Below are positions 1 to 13,489 of a stretch of DNA of 64,000 nt, one piece after another. The DNA is from Chrysemys picta bellii (Eukaryota). Position 1 is the first letter of the stretch; every line of letters begins with the position of its first letter. Below the pieces are notes generated by a model. It worked only from the letters and a program-made list of their open reading frames with translations. It was not told the origin of the DNA and searched no databases. The stretch is taken from contig NC_088800.1 in NCBI RefSeq assembly GCF_011386835.1, positions 74,834,001 through 74,898,000 of the forward strand, given 5' to 3'. The position numbers and the translations under genes were made by a program.

Positions 1-21
1 CAATTTGGTCCTATCTACATA

Positions 22-150
22 GTAAGATTAATAGATTTTAAGCCAGAAGGGACACTTGTGATCATCTAACCTCTCTCATAACACAGGCTATAAAACTTCC
101 CTGAATCAACTCCTGTTTCAAGTCCACTAGCTCTGGTTGACCTAGCACAA
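22..150 (-). mobile_element. CR1 LINE 3'-end fragment
   Basis: Reverse complement reads ...caggagttgattcagggaagttttatagcctgtgttatgagagaggttagatgatcacaagtgtcccttctggcttaaaatctatt, the CR1 3'UTR/tail pattern also seen at 2441-2720 and 55826-56192. Confidence 0.65.
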
Positions 151-2047
151 GAACTGTGTTTTAGCTGGGTCGAGGGACAGCTGTTTTGTAACAAGATCCT
201 GCAACATGGTAGATTGTGCAGTGCAGATGGCACGTTTATCTCCTGTTGTCTTGCTCTTCTTCCTCCCTATTTATTTGCTCTTTTTCTTCCTCATCTCTCT
301 GTCTCCTTTCTGCCCTTTTACACTTTGTCTTCCCTGCCCCCTAACATCCCAGCAGGGCAAAAAAACTTCTTGCACCCACTGCTTCAGACCAGAGTGTCAG
401 CAGAATAGCAAGTGCTGAGTGGTATGTTGGGAGCTTATGCTGGGCGCTGCTGAGAGGGGGCAAGATACAACGGAGCCGGTTGTGGCACCCTGATTCTGGG
501 GCCAGTTCCAGCCCCATGCTGGCTGCCTTTGACACAGGAGAGGACATCTAGCAAGTACCAAGCCGGGATTTGCAGAAGCACAGTGCACTCAGGTCACAGC
601 CCCTCCCTGCTCTAACAGACTCTCTGCATTAGGGCTGCAGCTCTCTGCCCTTTGGGGTTGCTTCATTCACCAAGAGTGAAGCTGAAGGCAGGTCAAGTGG
701 AACTTTACTAAGCCCTGTGCACTGCCCTGTCCATGCAGCTGAGTTGCTTCCAGCCTAGTCCGGCATTCCTTATTCCACTGGTGTCCCTGCCAATAACTGC
801 CCCTCCCGGGAACATGGTCCCTCTGACTCCAGTTCCACTGATCATGATACGTCTTCCCTATTGTAAAAACCTTTTCATATAAATGTTAAAAACAAATAAT
901 TGATGCCCGGACCCCCACACTGTGTCATTTCAGCCACTGATTATGAAACAGGGGTGATCCAGCTGGTTCCTATCCTTTTTGCACTGCAAGAGTGGCACAG
1001 AGGGGTGGGATGGCAGTGGAGGTTCTGATACCATGTCTCGAGTCCTTCTGTAAAGTATGTATCTAACAGTCTTTTAGGTCCCATATAGTAAATAATCATG
1101 ATACTTGGGGACTGTTGTTATGCATGGTGCAAAGTGGCTTTAAAGGAGCCTTATCAATGTAAGATGATAGGCTGATCAAATAGTGTATCAAGTCAGAGGA
1201 AGAAAAAGAGAGTTCACTACTCATCCAGGCTGGAGAGCAAACCAGCTGCCCAAAGGGGAGAGGTTAATATAGGACATGCAGAATGAAGAACCTTCTTGCT
1301 TTTCCTGCCTTTGGACTGTTTATTCTTTCTTTCAGTGTTTCATTTTGTTTTAAAGGATTGTCAATGAGGCATAAGGAGGGAAAGACAGCTCAAATAAAGC
1401 TGATCTCCTAATCAAATTCAGTCCCAAGTTTGTAGTGCACTCAGGAGAGAAATACGTAGGGTGTCAAAGAAAAGAGAATAATTCCACATATATGTGCATA
1501 GTAAAGGTCCTGATCCTAAATCCACGGAAGCCAGCGGGAAAGAGTTCTATTGACTTCAATGGCGTGTGTACAAGGCCCATAATGAGAAGTGAACTCAGAC
1601 CTTTGATTTCAATCTTTATAAAATACGTAGGCAACAGATATGTTTCTTGTTGTCTTAAATAAACTGCTGAGGACAAGAAATAGAAAATTCCAAGGATTAA
1701 TGAATGGGTTGGGATAAAATGAGAGCCTCCTTCAACCAAACAAGCCTCATCCGAAGTTAAAGCAGTTTGAGCAACTTTAGTTCCCTTTATGTTTCATTTT
1801 CATGATCCTTTGCACTATCTGGTTCTCAATGGGAAAATTCTGCCAATATAGTGCTAGAAAGATTTATCATTATCATTATTTCTGTTGCAGTGGAGTACAA
1901 GGTGTGCTAGGCGCTGTATAGAGATACAGGAAGACTTGGACTTGCTCAAAGGGCTCACAAAGAGTTAAAACCAAAGAGCGGCAGAAAGGGATAAAAGATA
2001 CCAGTAAAATGGAGATGGAGATGACACACATCCTTCATGTGTGAATA

Positions 2048-2284
2048 TAGGTACTGCCAACCCCAAGCGTTAACAAGTCATGAGTCAGGACCCCAAGACT
2101 AAAAATCATGAGCTTTATGGGTCCCTGTTTGTAAGTTTCCCTCCATAATCATGAAGGCTAGAAACTTTTTTTTTAACAAAAACAGAGAGTCTCTTTCAAT
2201 CACATGACTACAGGAGGTGGGGCTTTATGAAAAACGCTGAATATCACAAGACTCATGATAAAATCACAAGACCTGGCAATTCTG
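2048..2284. mobile_element. Non-autonomous DNA transposon (hAT-like MITE, CAGTRTTGCCAAC-type ends)
   Basis: Degenerate inverted ends (gtactgccaacc ... ctggcaattctg) and internal similarity (aaatcatgag, ggggcttta, aaaatcacaaga) to the copy at 12444-12751. Confidence 0.55.
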
Positions 2285-2410
2285 TTATTATAATTGTTAC
2301 CTTTCATTTTATTTTTAAGTTGAGGTTAAAAATACTAATTTCCCACAGCTAAGCCAAAGAAACCTTTTACCTGAACTGCTCCCCACAGTGCCCACTGAGA
2401 CAGTAAACTC

Positions 2411-2764
2411 AGGGGGAAATCCTGGCCCCATTGAAGTCAGCAAGATCCAATAGCTGGAAGCTGAAACTAGACAAATTCAGACTGGAAGTTACGTATACAT
2501 TTTTAACTGTGAAGATAATTAACCATTGGAACAACTTAGCAAGGGTGGGGGTGGGTTCTCTATCACTAGCAATTTTTAAACCAAGACTAGATTTTTTTTC
2601 TAAAAGATCTGCTCTAGTTCAAACAGAAAATATTTTGGGGGAAGTTCTGATGGCCTGGGCTATATAGGAAGTCAGACTAAATGATCCTAGTCGTCCTGTC
2701 TGGCCTTACAATCTATGAATGGGAACTTTGCCACTGAATTCAATGGGGCCAGGATTTCACACCC
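2411..2764. mobile_element. Palindromic PIF/Harbinger-like MITE split by a CR1 insertion
   Basis: Left arm gggggaaatcctggccccattgaagtca (about 2411-2439) and right arm atgggaactttgccactgaattcaatggggccaggatttcacaccc (about 2719-2764) are mutually inverted and rejoin into one short element when the CR1 is removed. Confidence 0.6.
2441..2720 (+). mobile_element. 5'-truncated CR1 LINE (ORF2 C-terminus plus 3'UTR)
   Basis: ORF 2431-2667 encodes SNSWKLKLDKFRLEVTYTFLTVKIINHWNNL, typical of the CR1 ORF2 C-terminus; ends in ctggccttacaatctatgaat. Confidence 0.85.
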
Positions 2765-5700
2765 ACTCTGTTCTCCATAAGTCACTCTGCTGGCAGTCAC
2801 TTGATTCTGAGTACAGCGTGAATGGGGCATTCTTACTGTTTCACACACAGACTCCTGGTGACTGGGATGGTGCTCTGACAGGCAATGGGGGCTCTTGACT
2901 CAGATAAGTTCTTTATAGAGGAGCGAGTAGACAACTAAGATGCAAGTCTGGACCCAGGGAGTGGTTGGGAGAGCCAAAAATGACTTTCTCCCCCAGCCAC
3001 TGCTGGCCCATTAGCTTCCCATGTCAGTTTCTGGCCTGCCTGAGTCCAGCTCTACTCTTCATATGGAATTTCCAGCTCAACAGGAAGCAGGAAGTACTTA
3101 AAATTCATTAGTTCAGTTGCACAGGTCCAGAAGAAACAACGTTTAAATGTTGCCTTTTGAGAAACTTCCCAACCAAAACAAGCTCATTTCTTATTACTTT
3201 CTACAGTACCCATCCGTGGCTCCATCCTGAAGTAATGATCCGTGGCCATCCCTAATGCAGAAACGGCAGACAGTCGTGCTTCTTGGCCGACCAAACTTCT
3301 CTGCAGAAAAGTTCAGCTGAACCACACAAATTATTTTTTTCTTGCCTATATGATTTGTATGTGGGGAAATTTTACTAATGAGCTCTGCTCTCCTTCCTTC
3401 AGAAACCCTGGGCGGGTTACATATGTGGCTGGTGTATCTAAGTTGCTGGAAAACCTGGTTGTATGTGTGTATATAACACATTCATGCCAAATTCCAAAGC
3501 TTTTCTGTGTATTTAGGGAACTCTTACCTACCACGTCAATGCAACCACTTCTGAAAAGGAATAAAGTAGTCATTCTTTTATGGCGTCACTTCATAAGAGT
3601 TTTTGGAGGTGAAAAACCAAGCACAGTTTGTCTCTTTGGAATGCAAGATGTGACTAGGTACTAATATAATACAAGTAATAATAAAAATAAGATTTTATCC
3701 AAAATGAAACTCAACTTGTTTGAGGCTTGGAAAACATCTGTAAACTTAAAACAAAATGTGTATTTTCCTGAGTGTCCATATTTCCTAGTTTTTACTGAAT
3801 CAGGAAGCAGAAATGCCAAAATGCTTGAGAACTACTCTTCTTGTTGGATTTCCAACTCAGCCAAAACGAAGCATAGTGGAAGACTCAAGAAACAGGCTGT
3901 TCTCCTGAGGTTTCTGAAACAAAGTGTCGTAAGATCAGACAAAGTTCCCAAAAATATCCAAATTTTTGGATGTTTATCTGAACCAAACATCCTAATGTCA
4001 GCCTAACACTGATCACGATGAAAATGGAAGGGGAGCTTAGTTATAAAGTATTGTGGCTGCTTGACATGTTGCTTGCCTCCTATATATGTGGCCAGATCAT
4101 GACTTATATGATGAGGCTGCTAAGGGTCTGATCTAGCAAGACAGAAGTCAACGGGAACTTTCCATTGACTTCAATGGGTGTAGAATCATGCTGTAAATTA
4201 ACAGTCCTAGTGGGTTCCCTAGGTGGATTTTCTTCACCAAACCCATTTTTGTTACATAATTAAAAATCCTGGCTAGATTGTTGAAATAATGAATCATCAG
4301 TTAGGGTAGTTTTGAGGGCTTATTGGGGGATTTTCAGTCAGTGTTAGCTTTTTTTATTTTAGCAACAAAATGATGCAGATAATTTGTTAATGCTTTGTAC
4401 TTCTGATGCTCCAGCATCTGAACACTGTTAGTGTGAGCAAGAACTTGGCAGAATTACATGTGAATTTTTGTTTTATCTTTTCCACGTCAAAGAAAGAATG
4501 TCTGAAGCAAGGAGGTATGTAAACTTTCTGTTTTCTGCACTGCAAATTATTTCAGGATAAAAATGGATCCCTTTCAGACTTTTCATTTGCTTTCATGTCA
4601 TTTCTTTTTAAAGAAGTTATGCCGAATATAAATGTAACTGAATTCAGTTTGTACAGTTAGGTACTGATCCTGCAAAGACTTATACAACTTGTGTAAATGT
4701 ACACACGCGAATCGTCCAATTGAGTCCCATGGAGCTACCCATGTAAGTGGCTGCAGGATCAGAGCCTCGCTTATATTTGTCCTTCATTTTGGTTTCATTT
4801 ATTTGTGTAAATATTAGCATCCATCAACTGTGTAATATAGACTTTTCATTAGTTGTTTGATCATGGCGGGAAAAGCTATTAATTTAGTCAGTTGCCTGCA
4901 ATGAGCTCTCGGGTTGCTGCAATTCCAGGAACTGATGAAAACAATAAATGTTAGACTGTATTAGATGTAAAGGTTAATCCATAAATCAAAGGGAAATGTC
5001 AGCTGCCTTTTAACATTGATTGAGATGTAATTTGGTGTTGGTAGTGATATGTTTGTTACATAAATTCACAAATGCACTCAATTCCTGTTAGGAGTCTGGG
5101 TCTTGGTAACTTGAAACAAATTAAGTAGATTGTTTTGTTTATATAGCCATAGAAAGATTGATTACCTCATTCCATTTTGATTGCCATATATCACTGATTT
5201 CAAAGCAAATGAATATTTACAACTGACTCTTCTGCCAGTGCTGTACATGTGATTCTGGATGGAAAGTGCAATCTATTGTTTTCCCCTGAAAGGACCAGCA
5301 TTTACTCTAACTACCGTTTCATTAAGTGTGCTGTTTCTTTTGATTTTAAATTAACCCATTTTTTAAAAAATTACAGACTAAGAAAAAGCCTCTCTATTAA
5401 TATGATCAAATAGATACATGAAAACAAAGACAAGAAGGGAATGACACAATTTAGACCAGAATAGAAAACACTGATTTGGTGCCAAAAATAACAGAAAGAA
5501 AAGACTATTAAGGACTGACATCAGGGACCTGATTAAGGCCCCTTTGCAGTGCTCTGGCATTGTAAATAACCCAAGTGTGGGTCCCTTTTCATTGTCAGAG
5601 TCGTCTAAAGGGCTGTAGTGTAAATGAGAATCAGGTCTGCAGGTAAGTAAATAAATTAAACCGCTCAGGCATTATCTACTGTAGGGAATTTTAGAAAACA

Positions 5701-5894
5701 CTCTCATGGGTAGTAGTGCCAGTTCTACCCCAGAGTAAGCACCAGTGAAAGCCACAGACTTCTGCTACTTGTGGAATTTTTACGACTGGTCGTCAAAGCT
5801 TTCCCTACACAGTAACTCCAGTACATGGTAAATTCTCTATCGTTTGGAGTTTTCACTACGAGACTGGAGGTCTCTGTAAAGAGAGAAGCTCTTG

Positions 5895-6010
5895 AACAGC
5901 CATAAATTATTGGGCTTGAGGTAGGAAGCACTGGCTTAAAATCTATGGGCTGTGTTATGCAGGAAGTCTGCTTAGAAGGTCATAATGCTTCCCTCGGGCC
6001 TTATCATAAT
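5895..6010 (+). mobile_element. CR1 LINE 3'UTR fragment (degenerate)
   Basis: tctatgggctgtgttatgcaggaagtctgcttagaaggtcataatgcttccctcgggcctta resembles the other CR1 3' ends in this window. Confidence 0.55.
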
Positions 6011-6385
6011 GGTTTCTTCTAGCCATAAAGTCATTGTATCTATGACTCCTAACCAGTGAAGCAGAACCAGTGCTACTACTGCTGGGAATTCCCCACCTCC
6101 CTCCCCAAAAGAATCCTGAATGTAGGTGAGGGCATAAACAATCCAAACACCCAAAATTCTTCTACTATAACAAAGTAGAAGAGATGAGTTTTCATCCACT
6201 TCTAAATCATCCTGAACCTCTTCCCAGCAAAGCATTTGGACATTTCCAGGCGAGGAAAGCATGGCTGAGATTTTCAAAGCCATGGAAAGCGCTTGGGTGG
6301 CCAATTCCCACTGGGACCAGGGAGTCCACATCCTTTAGGTGACTTTGAGAATCTCAGTCTACACAGCATAGGCAATATGGTTGTA

Positions 6386-7403
6386 CAGTAATTCCTCACT
6401 TAAAGTCGTCCCGGTTAACGGTTAATGTTGTTTCGTTGTTATGTTGCTGATCAATTAGGGAACATGCTCGTTTAAAGTTGTGTAATACTCCCTTCTAACG
6501 TCGATTGGCAGCCACCTGCTTTGTCCACTGCTTGCAGGAAGAGCAGCCCGTTGCAGCTAGCTGGTGCGGGCTTGGAACCAGGGTGGACCAGCAGCCCCCC
6601 ATCAGCTCCCTGCTCCCCTAAGTTTCCTGTGCTGCAGCCGCCCAGCAGGCTATCAATCAGCAGTTCAGCTGCCCTCCCCCCACTGCCATGTGCTACTCCT
6701 GCCCTCTGTCTTGGAGCTGCTCCCAGAGACTCCTGCTTGCTGTGCAGAGGGGAGGAGGGGGGCTAATGTCAGGGTGTCCCCCTCCCCCCTGCTCTTGCAC
6801 CCCACTTACCCGTTCTCCATATAGAGCGGGGGGGAGGGGACACAGACGGAGAGAGACAGAGAGAGCTTGGGGCAGCAGCTGTTGTCTCAACTTCCTGACC
6901 TTAAAAAGACAATGCACTTAAGAGTGGGTCAGCTTACTTAAAGGGGCAGTGTGCATCTCTCTCTCTCTCACACACACAAGGTGTGTGTCTGTCTCTGTCT
7001 GCTATGCTGTCTCCCCTCTGTCGTGTTCGTGCTGCCTTGATGAGAGGCTACATTAACAACAATGTGTTAACCCTTGAGGGCTCAGCCGAGTGCTAGTTCA
7101 TCATTTATCAGCAAGGCATTCCCTGGGAAATATCCCTCCCTCTTCCACCCTCTAACTTCACCACCTCAACCAAGCTTCACAATCATCATAGCTGTGAACA
7201 GTATTAAATTGTTTGTTTAAAACGTATACCGTGTGTATATCTATATAATATATAGTTTTTTGTCTGATGAAAAAAATTTCCCTGGAACCTAAGCCCCCCT
7301 ATTTACATTAATTCTTATGGGGAAATTGGATTTGCTTAACAGCGTTTTGCTTAAAGTCACATTTTTCAGGAACGTAACTACAACATTAAGCGAGGAGTTA
7401 CTG
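6386..7403. mobile_element. Tc1/mariner Tigger-like non-autonomous DNA transposon (about 1 kb)
   Basis: Terminal inverted repeats cagtaattcctcacttaa / ttaagcgaggagttactg flanked by TA on both sides (6384-6385, 7404-7405); no transposase ORF inside. Confidence 0.85.
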
Positions 7404-7721
7404 TACTGATTTTGATATCTTCCAAAAAAAGGGAGGCTTTGCATGTGTGTGGTGGGAGGAGAACCCAGGTAAAACACTGGAAACACGGGAGCACATTCTC
7501 AGCTGGTGTAAATGGGCACAGGGGCATTGACTTCAATGGCGTTTCACTCATTTCCACCAACAGAGAACTTGGCCCATAATTCTGAGCTGCCTTATAATAC
7601 CATGACACAAGCCCAGGCATGGGGCAGGACAGTCATAGTGCTGCAGGGATTCTGAGCGGCATTGCTGCCCATAGGCAGGTGGGGACAGTCTGCCGTAACT
7701 TGGCCCGCGACAGGTGACTAA

Positions 7722-7997
7722 GGGTATGTCTACACCCCGCCACTAATTCGGCGGCTGGCAATCGAAGTTCTGGGTTCGACTTATCGCGTCTTGTCTGGAC
7801 ACGATAAGTCGAACCAGGAAGTGCTCGCCGTCGACTGTGGTACTCCAGCTAGATGAGAGGAGTACCGCGGAGTCGACGGGGGAGCCTGCCTGCCGCGTGT
7901 GGACCGAGGTAAGTTCGAACTAAGGTACTTCGGACTTATTCACGTAGCTGAAGTTGCGTACCTTAGTTCGATTTGGGGGTTTAGTGTAGACCAAGCC
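7722..7997. mobile_element. PIF/Harbinger-type MITE (young, CpG-rich)
   Basis: Ends gggtatgtctacac ... gtgtagaccaagcc, TAA on both sides; clearly the same family as 42995-43279. Confidence 0.8.
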
Positions 7998-8704
7998 TAA
8001 ACAGTGTTGGCCCCTGGAACAACTTACCATAAAGAAGACGCAAAGGTGGCTTAAAGCCACATTAGCCCACAACCCCCTATGAGTTTTGTGCTGCACCATT
8101 TAGAAGCTCGGAGCAAAATCTTCTTCCTCTTGGTAATCCTAGCAATGCAGTCAAATTTCAATCACACCCCACTCGGTATAACAATGCATTGCCAGTTAAC
8201 ATCAGAATGACACATACAAGGGAGTATGATTTTTTTGCTATAATAAATCTACCTCTCTATAGGTCTGGGGCTCTCCTCTAGAGCTTTTTCTGGTATAAAA
8301 TTAGTGGTTTTAGATTTTTCATCTACATTTAACGAATTTACATACACCCTTCTCATCGAACGCTCAATATCCCCAGCTTTCAATGATGGACTTATAATGA
8401 GCGTCACAATAGCAACTTGTTCCCATGCATTTTAATCCTAAATTCAACAACTCTGAAAACTTCTGTGTAGATTAGAGGTGTCCGGCTGATTCATGTGGAT
8501 AATTTCTCTGTGAATATTAATATGATTTCATTTATTTCTAATGTGGTGCGCTAAAATTCGAATTAGAAGGACTTCCATAAAAACTACAAAGACATACATA
8601 AAGACTGGTGACTAGGGTGAGCCTCAAGGACATGGATAAGAATGAGTGATGGATGTAAAGAGACCTATGAACCCCATCAGTTTCAGAAATTCCTCCCGCG
8701 CGTG

Positions 8705-8708
<4 letters not shown>

Positions 8709-8762
<54 letters not shown>
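8709..8762. repeat. (CA)27 microsatellite
   Basis: Uninterrupted CA dinucleotide run, preceded by cgcgcgtgctcg. Confidence 0.98.
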
Positions 8763-8764
<2 letters not shown>

Positions 8765-10403
8765 AGCAAAGGCCAGTTCTTGCTTCAGTTACAGCAGTCA
8801 CTCTTCTTTCCTGTTTGTGTGTTTTTACAGCAGGGACTATATTAAGAAAAATAAAAGGGGCGAGGGGCGAGGACTAAGGATGAGAATCCTTCCTTGCTTG
8901 GAGAATACTGTGTGAATGTGACAAAACAGAAAATTGATGGAGACTGTGTGTTAGTATCAGATTTTTTAAATGACTGTGAACGAGATCTGGTTGAAATTTG
9001 CCAAATTTAGAGTTTTTAATTATTCTTTTTCTATAAACTAGGTTGAAAATTTTCAGTAATCCAAACAATTCAACAAAATATTGACCTTTTTCTAAAAGGG
9101 AATAACCACTAATTAAATAAAAAATCACAGCTTTTTTTCAACCATTGCTTCTAACCCTTGAATCTGTCAGGCTCAAGACAAAAAATAATGTATTTCTCCT
9201 AAAAATATTTGGGCCCTAAATTAATTTTTTTTAATCCCTTATATAAAAATAGTAGAGTCCATAAACCTGATCCTCCTGTCATTCAGAATGGTATATATGC
9301 AGAGTAACTCCACTTAATTCAGTGGCATTACATTGCTGTGAAACTGGTATAAGCAAGAAGAGAATCAGGCCTATTGTACAGCTGTTGAGCAAAGGTAACT
9401 GTCCAAGTAGAGTTCCCCATAAGAATCGAACCTTTCTCACTGGATGTGAAGACATGTGGAGTTAGTGAGCTGCATGAAGATGGTGGGTTGTCTCCTACTA
9501 GTCAGACTGGGATGCCCTAATACAAATGCCTGTTATGCTTTCTCTTTAGAACACAAAGTGTACTTCTCACTATAGTTGACTTTTATTTCAGATTAAATAA
9601 ATCAATAAACAAAGAACAAACATAAAGTTTCTGCAAGGAAAGGGAGAACACAAAGGGCAGCTGCAGAGCTTAACGAGAGTACCACTATATTATGTTTTAT
9701 AAACTGACCACAGATGAGACCTGTGTTTGGTCTAAATTATTAAACAGGATATAAAACGAACATTGGAATGACAACACTGCCCCTTTACAGGTAAGATAGT
9801 AGTTTTTAACTTTCTGAGACCTGGTCTTCAAGTCTTCAAGGGCTGATGACATCTCTAGCACCACGGACCAGTCTAAGAGGGCACAACTCTTTTGATATTC
9901 GTGGAGTACCGAACACTCACGACAGCATTGAATTTAGTAAAGCAGGGAGTTGAATTCCCTACACAGCTTTAGATGCCAGTGATGTTGCATGAAAATCACA
10001 GATTTCATGTCCTAATAGATATGCAAGGGAGGATTGGATAGTCGACTCTTTTGTGCTATAAAGGTATTAGCTTGCAATTTTTAAGCCTACACAGGTATTC
10101 CATTAGGGTCAGATCCTGCAACCAGTGCACAGCCTGACTACATGCTGGAGATCTCTGCCCGGCATGGGAGTTGGAATCTTGTCCCCAGGAGAGAGTATCG
10201 TGGACACACTATGGCTGAAACTACAGCCTCAGGACTGCAGTAAACTATGTGGCTAGTCCATTTCCCAGAAAAAGGATAGAGAAGTCAGTGGATCCATTTT
10301 ATCACCTTTCCCCAACCCATCAGCATCCTGACACACAGGAAGCCCTCTCATGTACAGGCAGGGAGAGCAAAACCCCTCAGCATCTTCCCAAATCATGCCT
10401 TAC

Positions 10404-10454
10404 CTTTCTCCTCAGGAACTCCACCTGTTCTACAAGACCAGGGTCCACAGAGGA
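10404..10454 (-). CDS. Candidate 51-nt internal exon (unverified)
   Basis: Acceptor tagtgcttccctctgcaccag, donor AAG|gtaagg; open in phase 0 (SSVDPGLVEQVEFLRRK) and phase 1 (LCGPWSCRTGGVPEEK); protein not recognised. Confidence 0.25.
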
Positions 10455-12291
10455 CTGGTGCAGAGGGAAGCACTAATTGATTTGAGAGCTTTACATTTTA
10501 CTTTAATTAATATTATTTTTAAAGTATTTCAGTTCATCTTCAATTTAATTAGCCAGTAGGGCAGAAACATAACTCTCCTATCCCAGTGCCTGGCCTGATA
10601 AAGAGACACTGGAAGAAACTTCCTCTTCGATTTGTTGTTAGTCAAGTGAAAAGGTCTCACCTCCCATCTCTTTCCTTCCTCTACATTTTTTGACTAACCC
10701 AATCCCATCTCCCATGATGAGCTCAGCACAACACTGGCGTTTGACCAGGAAGGTTACAGCTGGGCAACTCTGAATCCACAGCCAAATGAGATGCAATTGC
10801 CAACTTTGGTAGCACAGAAGACGCAGAGGGACACCGGCCTGAAGCAACAACTATTGGAAACAGCGTGACAAGCTCTTCCATTGTTTGGGGTCATCCCATC
10901 TGCAAGCTCTTTCACGTGAGAAAATTAGATTGTCTAACCAGTTTCTCGGGGGTGATTTTTTTTTTAAATCCATCATTAAAGGATGGAAGCAATCTTGAAT
11001 CTGGAAGCAATCACACCCAGCCACACGCACTTAGAAATGCTCTACCGTCGTGCAAGAGAAACGGAATAAATAACACAATGCTGATTGGACTGGGGTATCT
11101 TCATCCCTCCCACCTCCCCAGGCAAGTGTTTGAACAATTGGAAACTTAAAGCAAGTTTAAAATGAAAGAGGAGGAGAGGTGCAAGAATCACCCTCCCCTG
11201 GTAAACCCCACACTGACAAATAAGAGTGCGTAATTCAGTAAGGGTGAAATGCACCATGCGCTGTAGGGGCTGCAGATGGGAAGTGCAGCTGAGGGTTGGG
11301 CACTCAATGGATCCTCTACCACCAGTTTGCATTTGCCGAAGTTAGCCTCTGAGCCAGCTCCATATGGCCAAAGGTGGGGAAAGGGAGCAGTGGGGCAGAC
11401 TGTGGCTGCCAAGTCCACGATTATTTGGCCACAGTGGCTACACACCAGCACTTGTGGGGTGTGTGAAGAGTGGTACCCGTATTCCAGGCCAGAAGCTGGG
11501 GCTGCCGTGGGGCTCAGCCCAGTACTAGTGCAAATTAGAGCAACCTGAAGGCAGTTCTTATCCGCGCTGGCTGCTGATAACCCCACGGAGCCATTCTAGC
11601 AGACAGGGACTGCTGGGATACCCCAGCGATGCCCTTCCTTCTCTGTTACCCACCTTCAGCTGGGAGGGTGTCAGCACCACAATGGAGCCTTGACACCATC
11701 CAGGGGTTCCCCTAGGCTGACAATGCACCTTTTCACTACCAGAGTGATGGAAAGCCATCCCATTGCAGGGCAGGATCAGAGCCAGTCCATTACCAGGCCT
11801 GAGCCTCCAAGGTGCCAAGTGTTTCCCATGCGGCACTGAATGATCCTAACTCCAACTGGACTCTTGATTTTTTTTTTTTAATCTGGCAACTGTCATTTTA
11901 TGAATCAAAGCCTGGGAATAAGGGTGCTGCTTATCTGACCAAAAGTAGCAGAAAGGTTTCAGTGCATTTTGCTCTTTAACCAACAGCAGTAAAGAAAATG
12001 CCCTTTATCTTTTTGATATATTGGAGAAGAAGAAGAATGAAATCATGGTTCAAGCAAATCACCCTTTTCAAACGCTAAAAGCAAAACTGGTAGTTGGAGG
12101 GAAAGTACAACAGAAAACAAAAGAATGGGACCATTTTGTAGTAATTAAGCATGAGAACCAGAATTTCCTGAAGTATTCAGTTGCCCATAAGTATTGGCAT
12201 TACTTATCCAAAGTTGCTTATATAAATCCAGTGTCGTCAACTAAGATCTTTGATCAAATGCAAATAAATAAATAAATTGATATGACAAGGA

Positions 12292-13105
12292 ATAATAATA
12301 ATAATAATTAACTGTACTCATTTCTGGGGATTGCAAAGAACTTTAAACCAGGGATCACTGCAATCACTGCTGAAATGCAGCAGAAACTAGCATCTGTTTA
12401 ACAGTGATGAGCAACACTTTGGGAATGATAGGTAAGAAGAATGCAGTATTGCCAACCCCGCAGACATTCAAAACTGAGTGAGGAGTCAGAAAAAAAATCA
12501 GAGATTGGCTTAATATCATGAGATTCCACACATACACCTTTAATCTGCTTTCTGGGTTTCTGTGGCTTCAGGGACTATTTGAATCACATTTTCAAGTTGT
12601 TCTCCACAACCACAAAGGCTAGAAACTTGCATTTTATTTTCAATGAAAAGCTGAGATTCTCACATAATCACAGGAGTTCAGTAGCTGGGGCTTTAGGAAA
12701 GACAACAAATATCATGAGACTGGCAATAAAATCACAAGATTATCAACACTGACAATGCCGCAACCAATTGAAACTCCCGGGAGAACTGAGATAGAAAGAA
12801 TATACTCCCCCAGGATACCAACTCTTTTAGAAAATGCCATGGAGACTTTAATGCCCATTAGCAACCAGGACCTCAGTTTTAGCATTCAGCGGCATGCTGT
12901 CAGTGAATAGCTTACTGAGGCCTTAGCTCATTACTAAGTGAGGGCAAGAGCCCATCTACTGAGTCATCAACACTTCTTTCTGAAGCCCTTTGGATTGTCC
13001 TGGGAGGGGATGGGGTTCCCATGCCAAGCGCTAACCACGTTTGACCCTGTTTAACTTGTGAGATCTGACTAGATCGTAGCCTGAGGTGGGATGGCTGGAG
13101 GCAAG
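12292..13105 (-). mobile_element. AmnSINE1-like SINE (5S rRNA-derived head, Deu domain), near full length, interrupted by a MITE
   Basis: Minus strand starts gccatcccacctcaggctacgatctagtcagatctcacaagttaaacagggtcaaacgtggttagcgcttggcatggga (5S-like), continues aaaactgaggtcctgg, attaaagtctccatggcattttc, gtttcaattgg, ctgttaaacag, gctgcatttcag and ends in a (TTA)n tail. Confidence 0.75.
12444..12751. mobile_element. hAT-like MITE inserted into AmnSINE1
   Basis: Inverted ends cagtattgccaac ... tcaacactg; same family as 2048-2284; AmnSINE-like sequence resumes on both sides. Confidence 0.65.
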
Positions 13106-13489
13106 AGAGATGCAAAGTAAACAGTGTCTGTAATACTTCCTACAGCTAGAAGAACTATTGTTTTAATTCTCCCACTGTGCTGAAGGGTCTCATGAAAGTG
13201 CACAGTTTTAGTAATCATATGTTTTGGCACCCTTCCAGGAATAAATGGAGTGAGTCTGAAGTGGAGTAATAACTTTAACTCTGAATTTCTTTGCTTTTCC
13301 TGGCATGGCATGTGTTGCACGCTTAATGCTAGTTTAACATACTTTTTGTAGCTAAATATATATAGATATACAGAAAAAAAACCTGGGTGAATCACAGTGG
13401 AGGTAAAGAAGCTTGAATTGAACTGCTGAAGTCCAGCTGATAGAATAGCAGAAGATCACCAATATTACTCTAGCTGGGACAGCCACTGA

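Noticed and set aside
356-421. 66-nt + strand exon after a long pyrimidine tract
   Set aside because: Weak donor context (GTG|gtatgt), unrecognised peptide; too weak to list, like similar candidates at 9748-9790, 17176-17212 and 34894-34982.
8538-8915. HT/CV-repeat ORFs
   Set aside because: Translations of the (CA)27 microsatellite.
13010-13105. 5S rRNA gene
   Set aside because: Highly diverged and continuous with an AmnSINE1-type body and tail.
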